Positions 49,356 through 61,950 of a stretch of DNA of 64,000 nucleotides are shown one piece after another (position 1 is the stretch's first letter; every line of letters begins with the position of its first letter). The stretch covers positions 62,001-126,000 of the forward strand of contig NW_024704837.1 in assembly GCF_018977255.1 (NCBI RefSeq). The letters are read 5' to 3'. Under the pieces are notes generated by a model. That model saw only the letters and a program-made list of their open reading frames with translations. It searched no databases and was not told where the DNA came from. A program made the position numbers and the translations under genes. The stretch comes from Callorhinchus milii. Its lineage: Eukaryota.

Positions 49356-51095
49356 CTAATTGATTGTATTCAAAATCACAATCATTCTTTTGAAGTTGAA
49401 ATGAGCAACATCACAATAGAACTGCTCACATTTAATAGACATCAGAAGAATAATAAATGATCCATGAGGCTTTTGAGCATGACTGGCTTCAGTAATTACA
49501 AGAAAATGAGGCAGGCTTTGCAATCGATTTGTTATAACTTGCAATACGCTGTATTCTAATATGGATGCTATTTTGTGACTGAAATATGCTTGATTACATC
49601 CTTGCTGATAATTCTGAAATTTATTTATATCCATCCTTTGGCTTCTGTGTGATCTGGAAATCATTAACAATTTTTCTGGGTTCTGCATGCTCTCTCCATA
49701 CATGTCACTGAGGTCTAACCACTTTTGTGCATTCCTGATTGATGGCTTTTTCAGACGTCGCAAGATTTGCTTGCAAGTTCTGGAGATACAGTATAGTCCA
49801 AAGAGTCGTTCCCAACATTTGAGCTTACGTAATTTTTTACTGTTGGTTTGATCTGAACATGAAAAATATGGAAGTCTTCTCTCATTGTGCATCTCCGTGT
49901 AGGAAGAGTAGCCACCAAGGTTAATTAGAGATTTAGAGTGAGCTAATAGAATATGGAGAGACATGCTAGAGTCCAATGGAATATTAGCAATAGCCTCTTC
50001 ATGATACTTGTGCTGAGAAAGTCTTTGGGAACTTTTACAGGTTACCATTTGTTCATCGTTTAACCATGAAACATTTGGAGTCACTGTTTCAATGTACCTA
50101 TTATTCACAAAGTGATCAACAGGGACATCATTCTCTAGAATGCATCCAAACATACTTTTATGATCGTAGATATTATGGTCCAAATCCTGTATTGTTTCTT
50201 CATAATACCTCAACATTTGTGTTTCTTCATTATATGTGCTGTGTCTGATATTATCATCATCAAGGATACAGTGGTCCATTTTTATAACTGGTTCATTAAT
50301 GGAAGTAGTATTGAATTTGGTGTCCCATATTTTAGGAATTTTCTCTCTTTCATTAACGGTAGTTCCATTTCTGGAAATGTTAAACTTGGACTCTCTTAAC
50401 AGCTTGTCCTTCTGGTCAAGTGTCTGCTGGTTTGAAAAATATGTTTTGGTTCTTCCCAGTTTTTCCACTGGATCAATGTGATTCATGTTGCCATCAGTAG
50501 TTGGCTGCCAAGACTTTTTAGCTGACATTGTTGTGCCGTAAGAATCGGGAGCCTTGAGGTCAATCTCACTCTTAGATCGCATATAGCTCATAAACCCATT
50601 CGAAGGGCCGTATTCCTTCTTTGTTAAATTGTGTGTATCTATCACTGTGGAGTAGATGTCGTGCAGATTAATAATCTTGGATTTCTTGTCTCTGGCTTCA
50701 TGAAGGACAGCATTGGCACAGATAAAGAGAAATAACCCAATCCCCATCATAAGCGGTCCCAAAACCTTTAATTTGTCGGAATGCAAGTAGCTTGCTAAAA
50801 CATCAGAAATAATCTGTAGAATTGAAGTTTCATTGTGAGAAATGTTGGTGGTGGTGTTATTTGGTGCTTCAAAAATCTCATTGGATGTAGGCCAATAGCC
50901 CATTATTACCATTGTAATCCCTAACAACAGTACCAGAATTCCAAAGGAGGAAACCAACCCTGAAAAGGAACATAGCTTCAATTTGGCTTTCACCATCACA
51001 ACATCATTCTTGCATTTGTTTCGACTCTTCCTGGTATTATAATTGCTCGAGCTGCCGGCTGAAATGTGAAGAAGACTTCCTCCCGTTGCTATCAT
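49356..51095 (-). CDS. TMEM200-family transmembrane protein, TMEM200C-like, single coding exon, 579 aa
   Basis: Family motifs MIATGG, KNDVVMVKAKLKLCSFSG, TM1 ending MGYWP, YLHSDKLKVLGPLMMGIGLFLFICANAVLHE.RDKK.KIINL.DIYSTVID and C-terminal EKLLMISRSH. Splice acceptor tttgtttcag at 51120, upstream of the ATG. Confidence 0.92.
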   Translation of the reverse strand: MIATGGSLLHISAGSSSNYNTRKSRNKCKNDVVMVKAKLKLCSFSGLVSSFGILVLLLGITMVIMGYWPTSNEIFEAPNNTTTNISHNETSILQIISDVLASYLHSDKLKVLGPLMMGIGLFLFICANAVLHEARDKKSKIINLHDIYSTVIDTHNLTKKEYGPSNGFMSYMRSKSEIDLKAPDSYGTTMSAKKSWQPTTDGNMNHIDPVEKLGRTKTYFSNQQTLDQKDKLLRESKFNISRNGTTVNEREKIPKIWDTKFNTTSINEPVIKMDHCILDDDNIRHSTYNEETQMLRYYEETIQDLDHNIYDHKSMFGCILENDVPVDHFVNNRYIETVTPNVSWLNDEQMVTCKSSQRLSQHKYHEEAIANIPLDSSMSLHILLAHSKSLINLGGYSSYTEMHNERRLPYFSCSDQTNSKKLRKLKCWERLFGLYCISRTCKQILRRLKKPSIRNAQKWLDLSDMYGESMQNPEKLLMISRSHRSQRMDINKFQNYQQGCNQAYFSHKIASILEYSVLQVITNRLQSLPHFLVITEASHAQKPHGSFIILLMSIKCEQFYCDVAHFNFKRMIVILNTIN

Positions 51096-51619
51096 GATAG
51101 ATTCACTGGTCGGCTACTTCTGAAACAAAGCAAGATAAAATGCGAATTAACAGATTATGAATGTGTGCAGGCTGGAAAAGGCAACTCAGAAACACATGAC
51201 CGAAGGGACCTGAGGGCCATTGTAATCTATGTCTGTTCTCACAATAATTCCTGTTACCATGCAACTAAAATGTGATTCACTTGTGACTCCTCATGTTCGT
51301 AGATAAAGATATCCAGTGAGGACTAATTTACTTTGGGTTATGAGGCCCGAAGGATTTAAGTTTTCCCTGTATCTGTGTTATCCGTAACTTGTTTTTTAGA
51401 TAACTTGAAATATGTTACCATAACATTAAATGGATTGTGTATATTTTTAATACACTGTATCCATCTTGCCTACCTTACACAGATTTTTATTAGTAAATAT
51501 CTAGTGGGGTCCAAAACATTGCAGAAAGAAAATTAGGATTTAACTGTCACTGAAATTATTATGACCCAAGCTTAATTTAGTATTCCTCATTTCATTCTTC
51601 TGGAACATCTACCCTACTG

Positions 51620-52215
51620 TCCTCCCTTCACAGCATCAAGCCGCTTTTTAAACAAGTCCAGTGAACTGGCTTCAACTACCCTTCTTAGCAACCTATTCCA
51701 GTCATGTGTAACCTCTGAGTATCTGCTCTGAAATTTCGCTTTGCATCCCTAAACCTGTGTCTTCTTGTTCTACAACCTTATAATAAATAATCCTTGCTTT
51801 TGATATAGTGCCTCATAACGTCATAGATATGCTGTAAAGTGCTATGACTGTGTATTTTTTGTGTGACCAAGTGCAGTAGCGGTTGATGCGCACAATTTGT
51901 GCGCATCAATATTCCAGAAACATGAATTACCTTGGTTAATCCTAAAGTATCGATCTGGATTTATTTTCTCAATCCCATTTAAAATATGATATAGCTCTCT
52001 GAGGACCCCTCTGAGTTGCCTTCTCTGAAGACGAGCCTTAGCTTGTTTAATCGTTGCTCATAGCTGATTCATCTAACATGGGAATCATCCTCATAGCTCT
52101 CTTCTGCACTGCCTCTGGTCTAGGTAGCTTCCTTAGGTCGTGGTGAACAGAACTATATGCAGTTCTCTAGGTGTGGCCTAACCAGAATACTGTACAGCCT
52201 GAGTAGCACATCTGG
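51620..52215 (-). mobile_element. Old CR1 fragment (with an inserted SINE tail ~51783-51920)
   Basis: Reverse complement of the CR1 RT 3' region (ggttaggccacacctagagaactgcatatagttctg...gcagtgcagaagagagc). Confidence 0.65.
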
Positions 52216-52631
52216 GGTTCTATGGATTTTTTTTATCATATCCACTTAATATAATTAGCATTAACTCTAAGATATAAACCATAGAAGTTTACATAACAGA
52301 AGAAGGCCATTCAGCCCATCATGTCAGTGGTGGCTCTTTTGAGAACAATCCATTTCTCCGTTGTCGTATATGAATGCAGCCAAGCACTTATTATGAATTA
52401 TAATGTCAATTTGGGTTGGACTGAACACTTAGCTGTTTTCTTGTGGTGCCGTTTAGGTTTTGATGCAATGCTGTTCAGAGCTTTAAGGTGCATTCACAGT
52501 TTCTAAAGTCGGTTCAATTTGATGATGTTGCTCATATATGTTTAAAATATATATGCACAAATATAATGTATTCTGAAGGACAGCAGATTCAGCACATTTA
52601 TGATATATATAATATAATACAGTGTGTACAT

Positions 52632-53005
52632 AGAGTCCTGTAGCTCAGGGTTAGAGCGCTCGCTTCGCAAGCGAGAGACCTGGGTTTGATTCCCGGCAGG
52701 GCGAAATGTTGAGCAAGTTTCCCTACTCCACACGCCTCTGTTCACATTGCAGAAAGTAGGAACCCAGTTATTAGGCAATTGGCGGATCACTTTTCCAGGG
52801 ATAATAATCCCCCCAAAAAATAAATAAATAAATGATTTGGTCACTCAATCCACGACTGTTTGTGGGACACTGCTGTGCGCAATTGGCTGCCGCGTTTCGC
52901 CCACAAATATACAGTCAGTTCACTTTACAGGAAATTTCTGTGAAGCACTTTGAGACTTCTAGAAGACGTGAAATCTGCTATATCAAATGCGAGGACTATT
53001 ATTAT
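52632..53005 (+). mobile_element. tRNA-derived SINE (long subfamily)
   Basis: Full-length copy. Confidence 0.93.
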
Positions 53006-54607
53006 CCTTTCAATCCCATTCACCTGCCCTTTCCCAATACCTCTGCATTTTCCTTATGCATTGTGCATCTCCTTTTCCCCATTCCACTGAGCCAGGCCGA
53101 CACAAATTAGCGGGTTACCTCCACTTGCTTAACATTTTTTAAAAAGGGATCTTGAAAAATAATTCCCTGAATCTAGCAGAAATGATCTCAAAGCACTGTG
53201 CATAATGAGGTTATTAAGGACGGTTCACTAACTGTCCTGAGTTTTATATTCTGTGTTTACAGTGAATATCATTCTACAAGTGTGGACTGCAAATTCAGCG
53301 CAGTAAACAATCAGCACATGATGCTACTTTTCAGGACACTGTTGCTATGTAGAGAAAGGCAACAACTCATCTGTGCCAGAAACCTCCCATAAACAGCAAT
53401 GAGGTGAACGGCATATTAATCTGAGGTTTAGTGAATTTGGAATTTGAGGGAGGAATGTTGGCTAAACTATTGCCGGCAAAATAGGTCATCATTCATCAAT
53501 AATCATCTCAGACTTTTACCCATATTATGGAATGTAAATACGTTATAAGAGCTACAATGCATTTTTGGGGAGTAGAATTTGTAAACAACAGTGTTCTTTT
53601 TAGTTATAAAAATACTACATTTGATTTCATTGTTTTTCTATGACAGATAAATAATAGTGGCCTTGTGTTTTTTATAAATGCACATGGCTGTATCTATGTT
53701 TTGACAATATTTAGCAAATCAGCTTTAGTGATCACATATAATCTAAATTAAATACTACTGTATATTTTTATGTTTAGAACAGTTTGAGTGAATTTATTTG
53801 TAATTATCTGTGCAGAAGGCAAATATTTCTATTGGAATTAAAGTAAACATGCAATGTTATAATGAATAAGACCACTCTTGAACACTCTACGGGTTTCGTT
53901 TATTCTTTGTAGTCCACTTTATGGGTCACTCACTGTGATTCTCTATGACTCATACATTCAAATTCAATCTCACATCCTTAGTCATAATTCTGAACTGTTT
54001 GTTTTACACACATGCTAGTCCCTAATACAGATGCATTCACACAGACGCTTTCGTATTTACTTGAGCGTGATATTCCATTAACTGCTCCCACTAATAACCT
54101 GGCAAGTATTGAAGTTAAAGACATATTAATTTTATATATGTTGAAAATGAAGAACTGCTCAAATAAACATGCAAAGTTATTGATATATTTGGTTTTCTAG
54201 ACAATATTGCATTTAATAAACAATATGCTGGAGAGTATTACTGGGAGACCTCTTCACTTGTAAAATGCAATCATCACAAAATGTTATGACCCCGTTAACA
54301 CGTATTAAAACAGCAGAATGCATTAAACTACGTACATTATTTACAAACTAAAGTACAGTACTTCGGAGTCCCAAATATTGTTATAATTTTCTTGAAATAC
54401 ACAGTTTATATTTCTACATAACAAAACCATTGCTGATTCTCAACCAATGCATTGTTATACAAGCACAGATTTAATTCAATTCTGGTACAACGAATTTGCC
54501 CTACCTGAAAAACAAAACAAAGGGGTTGATTGGAGTAGATGTTGTCAAATAAGACCACTGTCCAAAATGGCAGCATTTGCAAATGAAATAGAATCATTCT
54601 CACTTAC

Positions 54608-55110
54608 CTAGAAAGTCCAGGTGAATTTCGGCCTCCAAGACCGATAGTCACATTAGCCAAACTGAGAGTTAGAAGAAAAATACCTGCACAAGCAATGCGT
54701 GATCCTCTTACCATTTACGTATTTGTCAATATTTCTTCACAGACCCATTGGAGCTCAGGCAGAGTTTGACTGAATCGAGCAGGTCTCCAGCCTTGGGCAA
54801 AAGCAGAAAACGAAATAATTCAAAAGTACGACAGCTGGTGATCAAACATTATTTCCCAAGTTTGGGGCCGCCTTGGAGAAAAGGACAGATCTTGTTACTT
54901 TGAGATGTTGTGTTCTGTGTTTATTGACATTGTAAGGATGCTGCATGCTGATGGCAGTGTGCTGTTGCTGTGGTTCGCCTGTTGCTATGACACCAGCCAG
55001 TGACATGCTGAATTGCTGCAGGATGCAGATAATTCGCTTCCTAACTCTCCCTTTCAGTAACGGGTCCCTCTCTCTCTCTCTCTCTCTCCCTCTCTCTCTC
55101 TCTCACACAC
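54608..55110 (-). other. Candidate 5' non-coding exon / promoter of the TMEM200-like gene
   Basis: Minus-strand consensus donor AG|GTAAGT at 54607-54602. Non-repetitive sequence runs up to a (CT)n/(GA)n tract at ~55066-55105. The upstream boundary is a guess. Confidence 0.35.
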
Positions 55111-56232
55111 GCACTTTCATATAATTTTTTATGTAACACGATTTTTTTTTTTGGGGGGGGGTGAAATTAACCGTTTAGACATAAGGAATCATTCGCCCCC
55201 TTCTTTGATACAGCAATTTCAGGAACAAAATATAGCACCAAGTAGATCCAGTCCTAAAAATACTTTTTTTTCATAGCAAAACAAAATAGTAAATCGAGGC
55301 ACTATATAGCATCAGTGCCGTACAGCCTCAGTATTGTACACCACAATATAGCTGAGTTGATACTTTTTAAGACCAAGAGGGATGTAGTGATTGCATTATT
55401 TTAGGGAATGTTCACAACAACCCCTTTGATGAATTAAACCATTTTTAGGAAATATATTACGAAAACATCAACAACAGCTTGCATTTATTTTGCACCTCTC
55501 ATGTAGGTGACATTTTAAAGCACTTTATTTATGGAGGTGGACTGGACACTGAATAGGAAGAGGGTGGTGGGGGTTGGGGGGAGTGACCAAAACCATGGTT
55601 GAAGAGTTACATTTTTAGGATTTTTTTAAAGATAGATAAAGGACAAAATGAATGGGTTTAATGAGGGAGTTCCAGAGGATAGAGGTACAGTGGCTGCAGG
55701 CTCAGCCTCCAACGATGGTGCAAAACACACAAGAGGGCTGAGTTTGCCAAGCAGAGGAGGTGAGCAAAATGAGACTAGAGGTACAGAGGGAAAAATCATA
55801 ATAATTATATTAAGTTTAGCGCTTCTGGAGGACATCTAATCACTTCACAGGGTTTACAGTAAATTTGCAAATTGGCTGCCAGTGAGCCTACAAATATTTC
55901 AGACATTACAATTCACAGTAGAAAACCTGTGAAGCACTTTGAGACATCTCAATGCATGATAAGGCACCATTTCAAATACAAGGATTATTATTATTATAAG
56001 TGAACTCATGCTTCAGCGAGGGGCTAACCAACAGGATAACCTATTGCCTTTAGGTTATTGCCATAATCAGTGAACAAAAGTAACACCCAAATGCCTCAAA
56101 CTGACCTTTAATCTCACTAATACTGTCACCAGACAAGATGTACTTTTCATAGCCTAATGAACATTATTACAAATGGAGGCAATTCCTTAATTTTGCATTG
56201 AACAGACTTGTTTGTTTGATGAATATCTATTG

Positions 56233-56752
56233 AGGAGTCCTGTAGCTTAGTAGTTAGAGAACTTGCCTTGCAAGCGAGAGGACCTGGTGATCCTGTTAAC
56301 TCTCCAAACACTTTAATATTCCTGCAGTTTAAGCAGTTGACCACTCAGAGTCATAAGCAAAAGCAACTAAATCTGATGCACTTAATGTAATAATAATCCT
56401 TGCATTTGAAAGAGCGTCTTATCACATATTTGTGACGTCTCAAAGCTCTTCACAAAATACAGTGTAGAGTGAATTGACTGTATTTTTTGTGCCCAAAATG
56501 TAACATTGTAGGAAACCTTACTACCGGATCGAAAAATATAAAAGTTAATAATAATAATCCCTGCGTTTGATATAGTGCTTTTCACGTCTTCTAGACGTCT
56601 CAAAGCGCTTCACAGAATATGCTGTAAAGTGAATTGACTGTATACTTGTGGACGAAACGCGGCAGCCAATTGTGCACAACAGTGTCCCACAAACAGTCGC
56701 GAATTGAAAATGACCTATTTATTATTGTTTGGGTTTTTGGAGGGATTATTAC
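56233..56752. mobile_element. Cluster of SINE fragments (head, plus strand, 56233-56288; two minus-strand tails 56390-56495 and 56548-56752)
   Basis: Direct similarity to the SINE consensus seen elsewhere in the window. Confidence 0.85.
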
Positions 56753-57331
56753 TAGCCGTCTACATTATTAAAAGGCAGCACTAATCTTTAAAAGCAATGC
56801 ACAAAACTACAAATAAGGCACTACCAGGTAATTACTGATCAAGCTTTTTACTAAAATGTGAATTAGCTGTTAACTCTCACAAGGTCTGAATGTAAATTTA
56901 TTAAGGGAAAAGTAATTATTTCTGAATCCAACATTGGTACAGTACTGGCTTGCATACCATTCATCTCCTTCTGGACTCGAAGTTTCTCAATTTGCAAAAT
57001 ATTCATCTATTTCCCAGAAGCAGATGTTCAATCACACTTTATTTCAAAGCAATCAAAGTTCCAGGTTGCTAATGCTTCCTTTTAGATTTTTGCGAAGATT
57101 GCTACTGTAATGCTCGACAGCTTTAATGAATAACAGATTCACAGGCGTGCAGCCTTAAAGAGAATATGATCAGGGATGATACACACTTAGAAGTTTAGTG
57201 AATGATTACCAATGAGTGGTAAAATTGCCACAGAAGCAGCTGTCAAGCTCCCTTACAGGCAGTGCAACGCCTCTAAAACAGAATTTAATATTTTTCATGT
57301 AACCTGAAGGTTTCTGAAGCAGAAATTAAGA

Positions 57332-57696
57332 ATAATAATCCTTGCATTTGGTGTAGTGCCTTATCATGTCTTCGAGACATCTTAAAGCGTTTCACAGAAT
57401 ATACTGTAAAATATTGACTGTATATTTTGCAGCCAAAACGCGGAAGCCAATTGCGCACAGCAGCGTCCCACAAACAGTTGTAGATTCAGTGACCAAATCA
57501 TTATTTTTTTTATAGGGATTATTATCCCTGGAAAAGCAATCCGCCAATCGCCTAACAACCGGGTTCCCACATACCTGCTAGGTAAACAGAGGCGTGTGGA
57601 GTAAGGAAACTTGCCCAAGCTTTCGCCCTGACGGGAATAGAATCCAGGTCTCTCGTTTGTGAGGCGAATGCTCTAACCACTGAGCTACAGGACTCC
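57332..57696 (-). mobile_element. tRNA-derived SINE (long subfamily)
   Basis: Full-length reverse-complement copy ending ctgagctacaggactcc. Confidence 0.94.
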
Positions 57697-57717
57697 TGTT
57701 AAATTCGATCATCTTTG

Positions 57718-58152
57718 CCCCCACTCTCCTCAGTTCCTCTCTCACTCTCTACCCCCACTCTCCTCCCCCGCCACTCTCCTCCCGCCCCCTCCTCCCCCTC
57801 ACTCTCCTCCACCCCCACTCGCCTCCACCCCACTCTCCTCCCCCCCACTCTCCTCCCCCCCACTCTCCTCCCCCCAATCTCCCTCCCACTTTCCTCTGCC
57901 CACTCCCCCCCCATTCTTCTTGCCCACTCTCCGCCCCTCTCTCCTCCCACCCCACTATCCTCCCCCCCTCACTCTCCTCCCACCCACTCTCCTCCCCCAC
58001 TCTCCTCCCCACCCACTCTCCTTCATCCCCCCACTCGCCTCACCCCCCCACTCGCCTCAACCCCTCACACTCGCCTCACCCCCCCCACCCACGCTCGCCT
58101 CACCCCCCACCCCCCCACATTCGCCTCACCCCCCCACCAACACTCACCTCAC
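57718..58152. repeat. C-rich degenerate tandem repeat
   Basis: (CCCCACTCTCCTCC)n grading into (CACTCGCCTCACCCCC)n. Confidence 0.92.
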
Positions 58153-61110
58153 CCTATATACGCTATATACTTAAATGTAAATTCTTGTGTTTTCTTTATC
58201 TAGTTCTGTTATGTAGTGATTCTATGATTGCTCTGACATTACTGCATTGGCTCCTCTGTTATTCCCCTTTGCATCTCTCTTCACAAATAGGAAGGTTTTG
58301 TCAATAAATTCTTTTAAAAGGGAATTATATAAGATCTTGAGAAAGATAAATATTAACATGCACGAGGAGTGAGCAGAATAGTGGGATTAGATTCATGGCT
58401 CTTCCAGAGAAAAAAAATATCAGTGCTGAATTGATGAACAAAATTGCTTTTTAGTCCAGGTTGGAACAAACTCTCTTGCCTATGAATGAAAAAATGATGA
58501 TCTGACCCCTTCGAGGAGAAGTAGCTCACTAAAGAAATATTTATTCCCTTAATCCATGAAGATGAGACCCTAGGAATCCCACAGGGTAGAAGAAGTGGGC
58601 ATGTCTCAGGCTGATGCAAGTAAAAATAGTTAATTCACCAGTCGACACAAAAGTTGAGCATATGCATTGTGCAAGGTTTTATCGCATGCCGTGACATTGT
58701 CACCATAACTAAGGGCAACTACATCAAGAATTGCACTAACCTCCTGTTTTTTTCTTTAGCAATTTCTTTTCAGCCACCACCGAGCCCAGTTACCAGTATC
58801 TCCAGCAGCAGTGAGGGGGAGAGGGAACGAAGTGGACCTGTTGGCAAATGAAAAGGAGACATCCACGTCCCAACAACATTCCCTACCAAACCAAGAACAA
58901 CATGGGAGAAGCCGGCAGAGGGAAAGGCTGCCCTCCAGCCCATCTGCCACCTCATGAAATCAGTGTTAGATGAGGAGAAATGTTATTGTGCTCTCCTCCA
59001 ACCTCATTCTCTCTCAAAACCTAGCCCTTGCGGCACCACATACCCAAGTGCTGCGGAGCAATGAACAGAAAAGTACTCGGGACAAGTGATTAGTCGGGGG
59101 AGAGTACCTGGTGTTTTGGTCAACATCTTCACATTTCCCCCTTCTTTGTTTCCTTGTCAATATGCCCGCTACAGCCTTTGTGAAATGCCTCAAGATTTTC
59201 ACTTCAACATTCACATACGAACAATGTTATACAAGTGCATACAATTGTTACAATGTTCACCCTCAGTTCTGTCATTAACCAGAGTAAATAACACCACATC
59301 GTAAGTACAAAAACAACGCTTCTCCCTATTGAAAAAGTGGGTGCAGCTTAAAAAAAAAGTGAAGGCTAGTTTGGACATTTTCAGCGGTGTAGGTAGGTAC
59401 ACCACCACAAGGAATCATTTTGGGATTGTGCAACTATATTATCCCATTTGCACCACTAGAGGACCTCAGTTGTCTACTTTGTTAAATTTACTCAAATGTC
59501 ATGGAAGCATATCTCTGAAAATATTTTGCAGGTTGTAACTGCACAGCTTTGGAGTTCAAAAGAGTGAAGCATTAACAAGCAAATACTTAAGACTGCCAAT
59601 GCAAATGGAGGTAAACAACAATGCAATTTCCACAAGCTTTCTGCACATTAGACAAATTTAGCAAAAAATAAATAGGTTATTTTTACAATATTAGAACATC
59701 TCTTAAAAACACCTTTTTCGGTCAGACACGTGTCTGACCACATGCAGAAACCCATCACCATGCTTAAAAGTATGGAAACAGTTCTTATTAGCTAGGTCAA
59801 AAGATCTTTCTTCATATTTCAGTGTATAATGGCCAACAACTTACTCTTCCATGGGGGAGATATTTGTGTGGTCAGCCCAGTGTCTGACGTGTGGAAACCA
59901 TGATTAAGAGAAAACAAATCAGACTTAAGAGTTCTATATATGTCACCTAACCGAGAAATTCCAATGTCAGGAATGGAATGCACACCCTTTACTTGGACGC
60001 ACAATGTTCATCTAGTTCTGGAGAATATTAGACACGGCTTGGGGACCCAGAGTAGAGTGTGTATTGGGGTACTATTGGAGGTTAACCAGCTAAAATCACA
60101 TAGCTTGCCATTAAAACATTCTGGCAAGCTTCCCACTGCTTGTCCTGCTAGGACCACCCTACCCAATAGGTTTACAGGGTTAACAGGAACTGAGTTGAAC
60201 AATCCCTGCCCCAGTGACTCATCTGCCCTCCAACCTTAAACGTGAAAAGTGTCAAAAAGTATGTTATTAAATACTTTAGAAGGGAATATATATTCTAAAC
60301 TCCTCGATGTGATCTTCCCTTACCAGCAAACAATTTCTGTGTGATAGCTACATTTGAACTCCAACAGGAAAAATAAGATAATACAAACATGGCAGCATTT
60401 CAGTAATCAATAATGTGCTTAAGTACTGCACATACTGTCTGATGTAAATAATAGCCATTGTATGAAATTGCATTAAATTAATATCTAGTTACTTATGGCA
60501 ATGCTACGTATTTAATGTCACTGTCCAAATATTTAATAACTGTAGGTATCTTCTCATTAATAAATCTTTATAAATTGATTTTTTGAAAAGGAATCTTTTG
60601 TTTTACCTTAAGCAGGTTTATGTATACTGAAATACATAAATCTCTTTATATAGAAAGTACTGTGTGGTCAACAGAGCTACATTCAATTGATGCTTTTGTG
60701 AAACACTTTGAGATGTCTAGAAGACGTGAAAAGCGCTATATCAAAATGCAAGGATTATTTTTTTTGAAAAAAATTCAAAGAAGAAAAAACTCATTCAGTT
60801 ATTTCTTAGACAATGATTTTTAAATGGGTCATCCTAGATGTTGAAAAATACTTGACTGATATTATCTCGTCTGTTATCTATTAAAACGTATCACCTTTAA
60901 AATGTGTAATTGTCTTCTCTGCACCAATTGGCAGTGAGAGCAGAGGCCAGGAATTACACCCATTGCATTAATACAACACCCTATTGAATGACAGAAAAGG
61001 TGTGGTGAGCGTTCTCTTGTATTATGCTTCACCCCGTCTCCACATTTATCACCTGTCCCGTGCCTCAACTAAGCTGTCATTCACGTCGCTGTGTTATTGA
61101 CTTGTTGAAC

Positions 61111-61301
61111 ATGTTTCCCATGCATCTCATCCTCGCTGTTTCATGCTGGGTTTTATGTTTCAACTCAGCAAGACTTTGCGATACTCCTGATATTCTAATT
61201 GCCAATTCTTCCGGAGACATCATCATCGGTGGTCTCTTCCCAATACATCGAGTTGGGCCAGATACAAACCGTACTCAGCCAGGACCAATAACTTGCTCAG
61301 A
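61111..61301 (+). CDS. GPRC6A: Class C GPCR, GPRC6A-like, coding exon 1 (gene continues beyond the window)
   Basis: Signal peptide MFPMHLILAVSCWVLCFNSA, then CDTPD...SSGDIIIGGLFPIH...ITCS, the Venus-flytrap N-terminal motif. GTAAGT donor at 61302, phase 2. Could be a paralogue rather than the orthologue. Confidence 0.78.
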
Positions 61302-61744
61302 GTAAGTGTTAATTCATCTACATTTTTTAATTGCTTTTTGTGGACATAAATTAGAATTTTTATTACCTTTTAAACTAAGCACTGTTAAACATTTTAACTG
61401 TAAGAATAAATAGAATTCACTTTGAGGTAAAGAGTCTGTGTTGCGTGTAATAGTCATTTTTCTGTCATCTGCTGACATTAGAGACTGAACATTACCGAAT
61501 ATAAATGGATAGTTAACTAGAACAAATAATTTGCATATGTCTGAGGGATCTTCAAGGTAGAGAAGTCATGATTGTTTTTGCTGAAAGGGCTTAAGTCAAA
61601 CCTACTTTTGTAGATCAATTATTTCAATCTGATTACAATGATATAATAATATAAAATGTTGCTTAAAAGGTAAGGAAGTAGGCTGTCTGTAATAAACACT
61701 GTGCCTATGCTAATCGCAGCATGAAGTATTGTATGTATCTCTTT

Positions 61745-61950
61745 TCTGGGGGTAATAATTCCTTCAAAATAAATAAAAAGAGTTTGGTCAATCAATCCAC
61801 GACTGTTTGTGGGACACTGCTGTGCGCTAATGGCTGCCAAGTTTTGCCCACAAAATATACAGTAAATTCACTTACAGTATATTCTGTGAAGCGCTTTGAG
61901 ACATCGCAAAGATATGATAAGGCACGATATCAAATGCAAGGATTATTATG
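61745..61950 (+). mobile_element. SINE body and tail fragment
   Basis: ccacgactgtttgtgggacactgctgtgcgc core, tail caaatgcaaggattatt. Confidence 0.88.

Noticed and set aside
57699-58203. Proline-rich and glycine-rich ORFs of 83-162 aa
   Set aside because: Translations of a low-complexity repeat that lacks stop codons.
58650-60240. Moderately GC-rich stretches with several short ORFs
   Set aside because: No recognisable domain or splice pattern. Probably decayed repeats that I cannot classify.
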